Assembly (NCBI GenBank): GCA_965197745.1
Contig: CBDANS010000006.1
Location: forward strand, 585,721-649,720
Direction of reading: 5' to 3'
Origin: Opitutales bacterium
GTDB taxonomy: Bacteria > Verrucomicrobiota > Verrucomicrobiia > Opitutales > PNEW01
DNA: 64,000 nt
A model generated the notes under the pieces. It ran no database searches and was not told where the DNA came from. It saw only the letters and a program-made list of their open reading frames with translations. Positions 8,632 to 17,001 of the stretch are shown piece by piece. The position numbers and the translations under genes are program-made. The first letter of the stretch is position 1, and every line of letters starts with the position of its first letter.

Positions 8632-9741
8632 CTAAGAACAAGGTTCCACGATCGGTCGGATTCCTTCCCTACTTTCCAAAGCACTCATTGCCTCGGTAAC
8701 ACCCTCCGCCGATAAGGGATAACGTGGTCCTGCCATTTCGAAAAAAGGATATCTCTCCTGATTGCGATGGACGAGGTTAATAGCCATCCCGAGATGCCTC
8801 GGTTCGTAATTGTGTCGTCCCACCAGGGTCAAACATTTGGTGATGACATCGTAGGAATGGAGGGTGAAAGTATCATTCGGATAAACCGCGCCCTGGAGAA
8901 GGTAGCGCCCGCCTGTCCGCAGCATATTTATACCTGTTTCCACAACCCTGGCAAAGCCCGTGACCTCGATTAACAGATCGGCGCCTCTCCCATCGGTCAA
9001 TTCCCTAACCGCTTCTACCTGATCATCGCAATCCAGCTTTTCGGCATTCAGGGTGCGATCCACTCCAAAGCGTTTTGCCATCTCCAGGCGTGTATCAAGA
9101 ATATCAACCATGATCACCTGGCTCGCACCTGAAGCTTTGGCAAATGCCGCCGCATATAAACCAAGCATGCCGGCACCCTGAATTACCACGGTATCTCCGT
9201 GATCCACCCCAATCCTGTCCAATCCGCCGGCAACTGTAGCCGCTGCGCACATCAATGGGGAAGCAGTCTCATCCGGCATGCCTTCGGGAAGCTTGAATAT
9301 CCCCGTCCCCGGTTTCAGGTAAACATACTCACCAAATGTCCCGAGGAAATAAGGAGGTACATCACTGACGGAGTGACCGTATTTAAACAGATTCAAGCAT
9401 TTTTGCGGCAGCGCATAATCCTGGCAAAAGATACAATCGCCGCACGACGCCATGATCGTCCAGGAAATCCGATCACCCACGGATAGTTGCTCACCCGCGG
9501 CATCCCTGGCATCCCTGTCACCCATTTTCTCCACGATGCCTACACCTTCATGACCCATCACTGAAGGCACAGGAAAAGGTCGACGCCCTTTCCAACTGTG
9601 CATGTCGGAACCACACACCGTAGCGATTTTCGTTTTTACAAGGATCGCTCCTGGTTCCAAATCATCCGGCAGCGGATATTCCCGATCCTCCAGGGGCTCA
9701 CCCACACCTAGAAAGAATACTGCTTTCCCCCTCTTACTCAT
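8632..9741 (-). CDS. Zinc-dependent alcohol dehydrogenase (MDR family; resembles the phosphonate-catabolism-associated ADH clade)
   Basis: GHEGVGIV, structural-zinc CGDCIFC, Rossmann GAGMLGL. The clade assignment (TIGR03366-like) is inferred from context and memory. Confidence 0.75.
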   Translation of the reverse strand: MSKRGKAVFFLGVGEPLEDREYPLPDDLEPGAILVKTKIATVCGSDMHSWKGRRPFPVPSVMGHEGVGIVEKMGDRDARDAAGEQLSVGDRISWTIMASCGDCIFCQDYALPQKCLNLFKYGHSVSDVPPYFLGTFGEYVYLKPGTGIFKLPEGMPDETASPLMCAAATVAGGLDRIGVDHGDTVVIQGAGMLGLYAAAFAKASGASQVIMVDILDTRLEMAKRFGVDRTLNAEKLDCDDQVEAVRELTDGRGADLLIEVTGFARVVETGINMLRTGGRYLLQGAVYPNDTFTLHSYDVITKCLTLVGRHNYEPRHLGMAINLVHRNQERYPFFEMAGPRYPLSAEGVTEAMSALESREGIRPIVEPCS

Positions 9742-10135
9742 ATCCCATCAATACAATATATTTCTTACCAACTCACTGCACCACTCATTATGCAAGGTAA
9801 CTCCGCCGCCATATTGCCACAAGATTTATTATTATGAATTGGGTCGTAGAACTATAACGATTGAGATATCATAAGGTTGCGATTTGATACACGATGCATG
9901 TTGAAGGGCCACGCTATGCCTGTCATGCCGTAGTCCCGTGGTGGCGGGACGAACGAAGGCAGATCGTGGCCGTTTGTTATTCGGTAATTATCGGAAAATA
10001 CGCGGACGCGATCAGCCGTCGCCCGGTGGACTATGGCCGACAGGCATCGCGCGTCCCTCCATATTTTACATCCCCTCGTGCACGCTTCTACGCATTCACC
10101 CATAATCGCATTCACCCTTTCAACTTTCTTTCTAT

Positions 10136-10273
10136 TGTCATTGCGAGGATCCTGCAACTGCAGGAGACGCGGCAATCCAGGCGAATGCCGGATACGTGTT
10201 GATATTCGCCTGGAATGTAAGATGTCAGGCTACTGCCCTCGGTAGCCACGTCGCAACGCTCCTCGCAATGACA
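10136..10273. repeat. Long-hairpin element copy C
   Basis: TGTCATTGCGAGG...CCTCGCAATGACA. Internal palindrome CCTGCAACTGCAGG. Central hairpin at 10177-10213 (CCAGGCGAAT-GCCGGATACGTGTTGAT-ATTCGCCTGG). GGCTAC..GTAGCC sub-hairpin. Confidence 0.85.
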
Positions 10274-10574
10274 GTTGAGAAAAAAGTCTATTTCTGCTTT
10301 ACCGCTTACACACATTACCGCATATCCACATTCACCCTTACTCCCTTTTACCCATATCTACATTACCTGGAGGGCCATGCTCCGTCATGGCCGTTAGGTG
10401 TTCGGTAAATAACGAAAAATACACGGACGCGATCAGCCGTCGCCTCGAAGATGCGCGAGGACTATGGCCGACAGGCACTGCGCGTCCCTCCATATTTTAC
10501 ATCCCCCCGTGCACGCTTCTACGCGTTCACCCATTCACGCATAATCGCATTCACCCTTTCAACTTTCTTTCTAT

Positions 10575-10716
10575 TGTCATTGCGAGGATCCTGCAACTGC
10601 AGGAGACGCGGCTACCGAGCGCAGCGACATCTTCCATTCCAGGCGAATGCCGGTTACGTGTTGATATTCGCCTGGATTGCTTCGTCTCCCGCAGTTGCGG
10701 GATCCTCGCAATGACA
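10575..10716. repeat. Long-hairpin element copy D
   Basis: Same ends as copy C. CCTGCAACTGCAGG pairs with CCCGCAGTTGCGGG. Central hairpin at 10639-10675 with loop GCCGGTTACGTGTTGAT. Confidence 0.85.
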
Positions 10717-10844
10717 AAGGTAATCAAAACCCAATCCGTAAAAAGGGTTACCCGACGGTTACTTATCACTATCTGGCTGTCTTGGATCGCGCATCCTAAT
10801 ATTATGAAGGGAGCAGACCTTTTTTTAATATTCCCCCTTTGAGC

Positions 10845-10894
10845 TTGACAGACTGCCTGATTAATATAAATTAATGAGTTTATACTCACTGAGT
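10845..10894 (+). promoter_or_regulatory. Putative sigma70-like promoter plus TGAGT/ACTCA operator upstream of the TetR gene
   Basis: TTGACA at 10845-10850. TAAATT / TATAAA candidates at 10865-10872. Overlapping palindromes TGAGT-N4-ACTCA-N1-TGAGT at 10875-10894, 14 nt before the ATG. Confidence 0.35.
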
Positions 10895-10907
10895 TATTAC
10901 TTATCAA

Positions 10908-11501
10908 ATGATTGCGGTTGGAAAAAGAGTCAAACAGAAAGCAGAGACGCGAGAACGAATTCTTAAAGCTGCTTACCATGAATTTTCGAAAAAAGGAATC
11001 CAGGCGACGAAGACTGCCGAGATTGCCCGATCAGCTAAACTTTCGCATGGGGCAATCTTTGTTCATTTCGCCACTCGAGAGGACATTCTAGCCAGTGTAA
11101 TTGATCAATTTGGTATCAGGTTAGGCAGCCAATTGGAGAAACGCCTGAAAAATAAAAGCAGCGTTCGCGAGATACTTAAAGCTCACCTTAATACCATTAA
11201 GGAATTCGAATCGTTTTATACGGAATTAGTCATCCTGGGACCACAATTGCCTAAATACGTACGAGGAACTTTATTTACGGTGCAGAACGGGTTGTTGCAT
11301 TATTTTATGGCAGCCCTGGAAAATGAGATTCCGAGCAAACGTTATCGCCATCTATCCAAAAGTCTAATATTTAATACCTGGATGGGGTTGGTTCATTATT
11401 ATGTAGCGAACAGAGATCTTTTTGCGCCAGGAAGATCGATTATCTCAAAACAGGGTAATCGGATTATAAGACATTTTCTAAACCTGATTGATGTAAAATA
11501 A
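10908..11501 (+). CDS. TetR/AcrR family transcriptional regulator
   Basis: N-terminal HTH RERILKAAYHEFSKKGIQATKTAEIARSAKLSHGAIFVHFATREDIL. 197 aa. Confidence 0.85.
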   Translation: MIAVGKRVKQKAETRERILKAAYHEFSKKGIQATKTAEIARSAKLSHGAIFVHFATREDILASVIDQFGIRLGSQLEKRLKNKSSVREILKAHLNTIKEFESFYTELVILGPQLPKYVRGTLFTVQNGLLHYFMAALENEIPSKRYRHLSKSLIFNTWMGLVHYYVANRDLFAPGRSIISKQGNRIIRHFLNLIDVK

Positions 11502-11519
11502 CAATGGAAGGAGAAAACA

Positions 11520-11771
11520 ATGACGGAAAAGTGTAAAGCATGTGGTTCCTGTGGTATGCCTCTATTAAATAAAGAAGATTTTGGAGGGGCCGATATGAGT
11601 AACGATTACTGTGTACATTGCACCGATGGGGACGGTAAGTTAACGGCTACATTCGAGGGAATAGTATCTTATTATGCTGACGAGTTTCAAAAAGAACAAG
11701 GTCTGGACAAAACTGAGGCACGAAAGATGGCCGCAGAAACCGTTTCTAAATTACCCGCCTGGAGTAATTGA
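11520..11771 (+). CDS. Small zinc-ribbon protein
   Basis: CKACGSCG and CVHC cysteine pairs. AAGGAG RBS 8 nt upstream. 18 nt after the TetR stop. Confidence 0.65.
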   Translation: MTEKCKACGSCGMPLLNKEDFGGADMSNDYCVHCTDGDGKLTATFEGIVSYYADEFQKEQGLDKTEARKMAAETVSKLPAWSN

Positions 11772-12250
11772 TTATTTAATGGGTAGATTTGTAGAGGTTA
11801 AACTAACAAACTGAATTTATTATTTTAATTGGAAAGGGTCAGCCTCTGCATGGAAGATCTTAGTGAGAAAGAAGTCTTTTATGTTAGCTCGAGACCTGCA
11901 ACAGCGGCGCTAAGCTACCGAGTGCAGTAGCCCACCTGTCGTCCATAGCCACGTCGCAACGCTCCTCGCAATGACAAGTGAGAAAAAAGTCTATTTCTGC
12001 TTTACCGCTTACACACATTACCGCATATCCACATTCACCCTTACTCCCTTTTACCCATATCCACTTTACCTGGAGGACCATGCTCCGTCATGGCCGTTAG
12101 GTGTTCGGTAAAGAACGGAAAATACACGGACGCGACGACGCGCGTCCCTCCATTATTTACATTCCCGCATTTCCACTTGTTCGCTTACACCCGTAACCGT
12201 GTTCCAGCTTTACCGCTTACACGCATTTTCGCGTATTCGCTTATCCCCTA
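11772..12250. repeat. Repeat-filled spacer 5
   Basis: Partial long-hairpin element at ~11890-11976. A 188-nt segment at 11948-12135 is ~96% identical to 10245-10432. Hairpin units at 12071-12095 and 12128-12152. ORF 11884..12081 (..CHCEERCDVA..) is spurious. Confidence 0.9.
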
Positions 12251-12646
12251 TTATTGATCAACTCGAGTATAGAAATTAATAAGGTTACCGTCTGGATCAC
12301 GAAACCAGATTGAACGATTTCCCCATTCCTGGGTCGTTGGTGGTTTAACCCACTCGATATTTAATTTCATTAAGCGTTCATATTCTTTATCAACGTCCTC
12401 TACTAGAAATTGCAGGGAAACACACCTGTTGGTGGCTGGTATTGAAGAGCCTTTAACCCTTTCGTCCTGGGCTTTAAAACTATATAAAGCCAGTATCCCT
12501 CCCTCGGTATGAAACTCTACATAGATTGAACCTTCCCCACTATCCGGTTCAATTTTGAGGACTTCCCTGTAAAATGCCCTTAATCGATCAACATCATGGG
12601 TAGTTATACAACTGTGCGTGAATTTCATAAAATCAGTTCGTGTCAC
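12251..12646 (-). CDS. VOC family protein (glyoxalase/bleomycin-resistance-like)
   Basis: 131 aa. ..THDVDRLRAFYREVLKIEP.. and ..FRDPDGNLINFY.. modules. Confidence 0.75.
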   Translation of the reverse strand: MTRTDFMKFTHSCITTHDVDRLRAFYREVLKIEPDSGEGSIYVEFHTEGGILALYSFKAQDERVKGSSIPATNRCVSLQFLVEDVDKEYERLMKLNIEWVKPPTTQEWGNRSIWFRDPDGNLINFYTRVDQ

Positions 12647-15359
12647 CCATTGATCTTATTAACTGTCTTTCTAAAAGATCACTGAAGTTGCTCTCTAAAA
12701 CTCTGAAACTTTCTGGATTAGTTTTGGTCGATTGAGTGTAGTCCCACATCGTCCAAAAGGGTATTCCAATGGTATAGATTCGATCAGGGTCGATCTGGTC
12801 TGATTCGGGACCAAAAAAGAATTTCAGTTTCTGTCTTCTCTTTTGTTCTTTAAAATACTCCTGTTGTTTTGTAATTTCAACGCCGCTCAAGTTGATAACA
12901 CCTAAACGCGAAGTATAAGCATCGGAATAGGCCATTACATCCATGAGACGCGTCTCCCCCGCGGCCCAAGAGGGCAGGAATTCATTATCATTCACCGAAT
13001 CAAGAACATAGTCTGCTCCTGTCCCCATTTGAATAGCTTTTTTCATTGCGATGTCAAAACCTTCCAAAGAACATAAATTGTCCGATAACTTTGGCGATTG
13101 ACGATATCCCGCTTCCCAGCTCCATCGGCTATTGAAATTGCGCCCGGCCACGCGTTGATTTTTATGCGCGTTGAACAGTTGAAAGTCTTCAGCCCCTACG
13201 GCCCACCCTTGATGTCTCAACAGGGGTAGACCCGATCGATAAAAATCTTTCTCATTTGAAGCCAGCCAATAAATAAGCCGTTTCGGATTGAGTGGATTAT
13301 AATAAAGCAGGCCCAGCCCTCGATCCGTAAAGTTCCAGGACACTTCATCGCTTGACGCAATCTTCCCATTGGTCAGGGAAACAGGGAGGTCGTTGGCAAG
13401 ACGGGCGACAATACTATTCTGGACTGCCGTTCCAATGAGTATCAGGTTATAGCGACTGATATCGCCTTCGGTTACATCCGTGTCCGGTTTCCCCGGCAAC
13501 AGGCTATACTGCATTTGCCGGTCATATTGATCGGTCCAATTTGGATTGGGTGTGGCACGCGCCAGTTGAGCAAGATCCCTTATTTTTTCATTAACTTCAT
13601 CCCCTCCATTCGTGCCCCAGACGACCATAAGCGGCTCTCCATGATAAAGCGCTGTAGCGCCTCCCGGGAAATGCAATCGTTCTTTTGGCAGTTTCGGTGA
13701 ATGGGGATCGACGATCCACTTATTGTTCTTCCGATAGATAAACAGCTTATTGGGTAGTGGTGATTGAACCGTGCCTATTTGCTGCCCTTCAATGACAATC
13801 ATCAGCGGTTTGTTTTGATCAATAGGGGAGGAAGCTATGTTGAGGGTAAGAGCTCCAACGTTATCAAAGTTGAGATAAAGGGTGTTATCATTACCGAGAC
13901 TTAATTTGAAAGAAGGATAACTTCTCTTCGGTCCCCACTCGAGGATACTGGCCCACCACGCTCCATGGGATAGACCATCCATTGCCGTAAAATGAATATT
14001 TCTAACTTGTGATGAACGGGTCTGACGTTTAACCCAATGAAGCGAGCGGATACTGGCTTCTGTATTACCCATAACTGCGTGCCCATCACCGTGTGTCTCG
14101 TCCCAGGTAACTTTTGCTCCCAATTGACTTAGCCGTTGCATGGCATTGCGCGAATTGGACATGGGAACCAGGAAATCATCATCGCTATGCAACAGGTATA
14201 AAGGCACGTTTTTCATATTACCAAGGGGAAGATCTTCATTATAACCGGCCCAAATACGCCCCGATGAGAATTTATCGGGGAAACGGGCAATAAGGCTAAA
14301 CGTACCTCCACCTCCCATGCTATTACCACCAAGATGTATCCTGTTTTCATCTATATTCCAGTTTTTGGTTACATAATCTATGGCCTCCAGCACATCCACT
14401 TCAGATAAACCATTAAAACCAGACCGTGGTCCGCGACCCCAAACTGCTATCTGCAGGGCATCTTCATCGAAGATATTCGGATCGCCAATTTTACTGATGA
14501 GGTAAGACTCTCCGGATCCATGTAAATCTATATAAAGGGGCCACGTTTTATTGGCGTCATAATCGGGAGGGATGTAAATCATCATCGGTTGCAGGGTGCC
14601 ATCAATCTCTGATCGATAAGCTATTTCTCCTTTGCCTCGCATCTTCGACAAATCTGCAGTGTTGTAATGCAATCCTTCCGGGACTTGAACAACGCGCTTC
14701 GAGGCGGGTTTTGTCGTGAATAGCTCGACGGCGAAACCCCAGGCGTGCACGGCCTGATCGGATTTTAAGAGTATCGAGTTCAGTCCTTTGTCTAAAGTTA
14801 TTTCAAAACGATCCTCCCATGGCATCAGACCCCGCCGTTCCTGCCAGAGTGAGTGAACAAGTTCGCCGTTTACCCAGACCCTGACGCCATCGTTCGATCC
14901 AATATGGCAGTAAACAGTCTGCTTTTCATCTGATCTAACGCGGCAAAAAGCGTAGCCCACTTTGTAAGTCGATTTTGGATAATAATTGATCATGTTTACC
15001 TGTCCCGTCCAATTCGTATCAATTAATTGAGGGGATACCGTCGTAGTATTTCCTTTATCGACTTTATAGGATACTTGTTTAACCCGTTTCCAGACTGGTT
15101 TAGTTTCTCCTCCCAGATCAGTCAGGTAGTCATGGTGAAATCCTCCCCGGGTTGCTCCATCGGGAGTTTCCGGTTTCTCCATCATCTCATTGGGGAATGG
15201 TCCAAGAATAACCCAGTCTTTTACTGCCGCACCTTCATCGAGCGTATTGATTGGCACACCCATTGCGACCGCAGATCGAGCGTAGAGGCCGGGCAGCAAT
15301 AAAAATATCAGGGTATACCCGATGCCGAGTGTCTTAAGGTGTTTTATAATGTAATTCAT
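12633..15359 (-). CDS. Large secreted multidomain protein with central alpha/beta-hydrolase (S9/esterase-like) domain
   Basis: Signal peptide. N-terminal beta-sandwich-like region. Hydrolase block with DLHGSGES, GGNSMGGGGT nucleophile elbow, LLHSDDD, GDGHAV. The ~450-aa C-terminal region is unassigned. Confidence 0.6.
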   Translation of the reverse strand: MNYIIKHLKTLGIGYTLIFLLLPGLYARSAVAMGVPINTLDEGAAVKDWVILGPFPNEMMEKPETPDGATRGGFHHDYLTDLGGETKPVWKRVKQVSYKVDKGNTTTVSPQLIDTNWTGQVNMINYYPKSTYKVGYAFCRVRSDEKQTVYCHIGSNDGVRVWVNGELVHSLWQERRGLMPWEDRFEITLDKGLNSILLKSDQAVHAWGFAVELFTTKPASKRVVQVPEGLHYNTADLSKMRGKGEIAYRSEIDGTLQPMMIYIPPDYDANKTWPLYIDLHGSGESYLISKIGDPNIFDEDALQIAVWGRGPRSGFNGLSEVDVLEAIDYVTKNWNIDENRIHLGGNSMGGGGTFSLIARFPDKFSSGRIWAGYNEDLPLGNMKNVPLYLLHSDDDFLVPMSNSRNAMQRLSQLGAKVTWDETHGDGHAVMGNTEASIRSLHWVKRQTRSSQVRNIHFTAMDGLSHGAWWASILEWGPKRSYPSFKLSLGNDNTLYLNFDNVGALTLNIASSPIDQNKPLMIVIEGQQIGTVQSPLPNKLFIYRKNNKWIVDPHSPKLPKERLHFPGGATALYHGEPLMVVWGTNGGDEVNEKIRDLAQLARATPNPNWTDQYDRQMQYSLLPGKPDTDVTEGDISRYNLILIGTAVQNSIVARLANDLPVSLTNGKIASSDEVSWNFTDRGLGLLYYNPLNPKRLIYWLASNEKDFYRSGLPLLRHQGWAVGAEDFQLFNAHKNQRVAGRNFNSRWSWEAGYRQSPKLSDNLCSLEGFDIAMKKAIQMGTGADYVLDSVNDNEFLPSWAAGETRLMDVMAYSDAYTSRLGVINLSGVEITKQQEYFKEQKRRQKLKFFFGPESDQIDPDRIYTIGIPFWTMWDYTQSTKTNPESFRVLESNFSDLLERQLIRSMGDTN

Positions 15360-15369
15360 GGGGGGGATT

Positions 15370-15870
15370 TTATTTTTTAATTAACGCAATTTTTTCACTG
15401 TGTTCTGTGATAAACCAGTCATCAAGGAGATCAAGGTATTTGATCTGTAATTCCGACGGAAGGGCGAAATATCCGGAGACAATAGTTTTTCTGCATATAT
15501 TACACCCACAGTTGCATGACCACACTTCACCATCATGGCAATTGATACAATAATCATAGGTGATTTCTTCATCTATGGTTATATCGCATAAAGCAATTAA
15601 CTGACGATATCCTGCTATAGTTTTCACATAAGTATTAGGATCACAGCTGTGATTAATGTGTCTTTCAGGTGATTGCATGAGGATTACTTTACCACCGGCT
15701 AAATAGTCGCAATGGTATACATGCTCTCCACGTTCAGGCTTTAATGGGTTATCGTCATTAACAATCCTGGAGTCATCAATCTGAAGCACGTAATCACCCG
15801 ATTTAAATTCACATAAGGAGAATACGCCCGAACCGTGAATCTTTGAATTCTTTACGCACACATTCGTCAT
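15370..15870 (-). CDS. SET-domain protein (putative lysine methyltransferase)
   Basis: NHSCDPN and EEITYDY motifs, plus the Cys cluster CINCHDGEVWSCNCGCNIC. Start placed at the internal ATG (MTNVCVKNSKIHGSG) to avoid overlap with the kinase gene. Confidence 0.75.
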   Translation of the reverse strand: MTNVCVKNSKIHGSGVFSLCEFKSGDYVLQIDDSRIVNDDNPLKPERGEHVYHCDYLAGGKVILMQSPERHINHSCDPNTYVKTIAGYRQLIALCDITIDEEITYDYCINCHDGEVWSCNCGCNICRKTIVSGYFALPSELQIKYLDLLDDWFITEHSEKIALIKK

Positions 15871-15877
15871 CGATGTC

Positions 15878-16945
15878 CTAATTATGGGAGTCCAAATCAA
15901 ATACTTTTTTGTGCATTAACTCGTTTATTTCTTTTAAACCGGCACTTGTTTTCAATTGATCGACCTGTCTATTAAGCACACGTGAAAATTTACACATATC
16001 TCTCAGCTGATCCAAATTTGACCAAACAAACAAATCAGCCAATATAGACAGCTCTTCATCGGTGAAAGGATAACGCTTGTGATAAGCCACCAGGAAATGC
16101 TTCTGCTGATCAAGGCTTAGTGTCTTAGCACTGTCTGGCTCGGGTGAACTGATAATTCCAAAACAAACATCTATCAGTCGTTCAGCATACCCCGTTTGAT
16201 CAAAATCAATGATTCCGGTTATTTTATCATTTTCCTCCAATACATGGCATAATCGAAAATCACCATGGATAATAGTTTTCTTGAACCCCACCCCGGCTAT
16301 TGCCTCAAGCTGATTCTCAAGATGTTGAAAGGCATTTGCTAACAGGTTGACCTCGTGAGAACTGAACAAATCATCAAAGGCTGATAGATCACTCTGAATT
16401 TTCGGAAGTGCATTGCGTATCTGTTCTGGAATGGTAAATCGTGAGGTATCGCTGCTTATACTCCTGGAATGACTGTCAAGATATTCTTCTCCAAGGCTAT
16501 GATATTCAGCCATCACCCTCGCAAAATTCTCAACTTGACGTTCAGTATTGCCGGTCACTGGCTTACCCGGCATAGCCGTCATGATATAGGTAACATTGTA
16601 AGGGGTATTATCTAAGAGAGAAAAGTATGCCTCGCCATTCTTAGTATTAAGTATCTCAGGTAGTGGCAGACCTTTATCACGAAGAAATGATGCTACACTG
16701 ACAAAAGCCACGGGATCGGAAATTCCATCGGATGTAAACTTAAGATAAAAATTACCCCGTTGAGTATTAATTTTTAAGCACATTCCATAAGCAGTGTGTA
16801 AGGAATCAAAATGATTCACGATTAAGCCATAGGTTTGATCGAGCTGCTCTGTTACACGCTCTTGCAATTCATCGATTGAACTTATTCCATATACTTTGGA
16901 TAGTTCATTATCGACGTTTTTACCATAGGGAGAAATGATATCCAT
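15878..16945 (-). CDS. APH-fold phosphotransferase (homoserine-kinase-II/aminoglycoside-kinase-like)
   Basis: Catalytic loop IIHGDFRLCHVL and metal-binding GIIDFD. 355 aa. Confidence 0.75.
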   Translation of the reverse strand: MDIISPYGKNVDNELSKVYGISSIDELQERVTEQLDQTYGLIVNHFDSLHTAYGMCLKINTQRGNFYLKFTSDGISDPVAFVSVASFLRDKGLPLPEILNTKNGEAYFSLLDNTPYNVTYIMTAMPGKPVTGNTERQVENFARVMAEYHSLGEEYLDSHSRSISSDTSRFTIPEQIRNALPKIQSDLSAFDDLFSSHEVNLLANAFQHLENQLEAIAGVGFKKTIIHGDFRLCHVLEENDKITGIIDFDQTGYAERLIDVCFGIISSPEPDSAKTLSLDQQKHFLVAYHKRYPFTDEELSILADLFVWSNLDQLRDMCKFSRVLNRQVDQLKTSAGLKEINELMHKKVFDLDSHN

Positions 16946-17001
16946 CGGTGTTCAAGCGTAAACTGATCTGTGAATGCATGAAAAAGTTATTATCACTTTT
17001 A

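Larger units (their letters stand above)
9742..10844. repeat. Repeat-filled spacer 4 (largest; tandemly duplicated composite)
   Basis: ~200-nt direct repeat at 9981-10172 / 10402-10611. Hairpin units at 9905-9975 (long form), 10035-10061, 10368-10392 and 10466-10492. Long-hairpin elements at 10136-10273 and 10575-10716. CATTCAC-type tracts are present. ORFs 9852..10175, 9894..10202, 10387..10842 and 10551..10979 are spurious. Confidence 0.9.

Noticed and set aside
9742-10844. CRISPR array (many short GC hairpins recurring in spacers)
   Set aside because: The repeats are not of constant length or regularly spaced. They occur in both orientations and nest inside each other. No cas genes or leader-like organisation are present.
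393-12081. ORF-track ORFs inside the spacers (393..641, 2002..2307, 5617..5877, 5698..5913, 5878..6117, 6023..6232, 9852..10175, 9894..10202, 10387..10842, 10551..10979, 11884..12081, and also 61398..61652)
   Set aside because: They are read-throughs of interspersed hairpin repeats. The same peptides recur in different frames and strands (..DCFVATLLAMT.., ..CHCEERCDVA.., ..VIARILQLQETR..). They have no RBS or start context and no domain signal.
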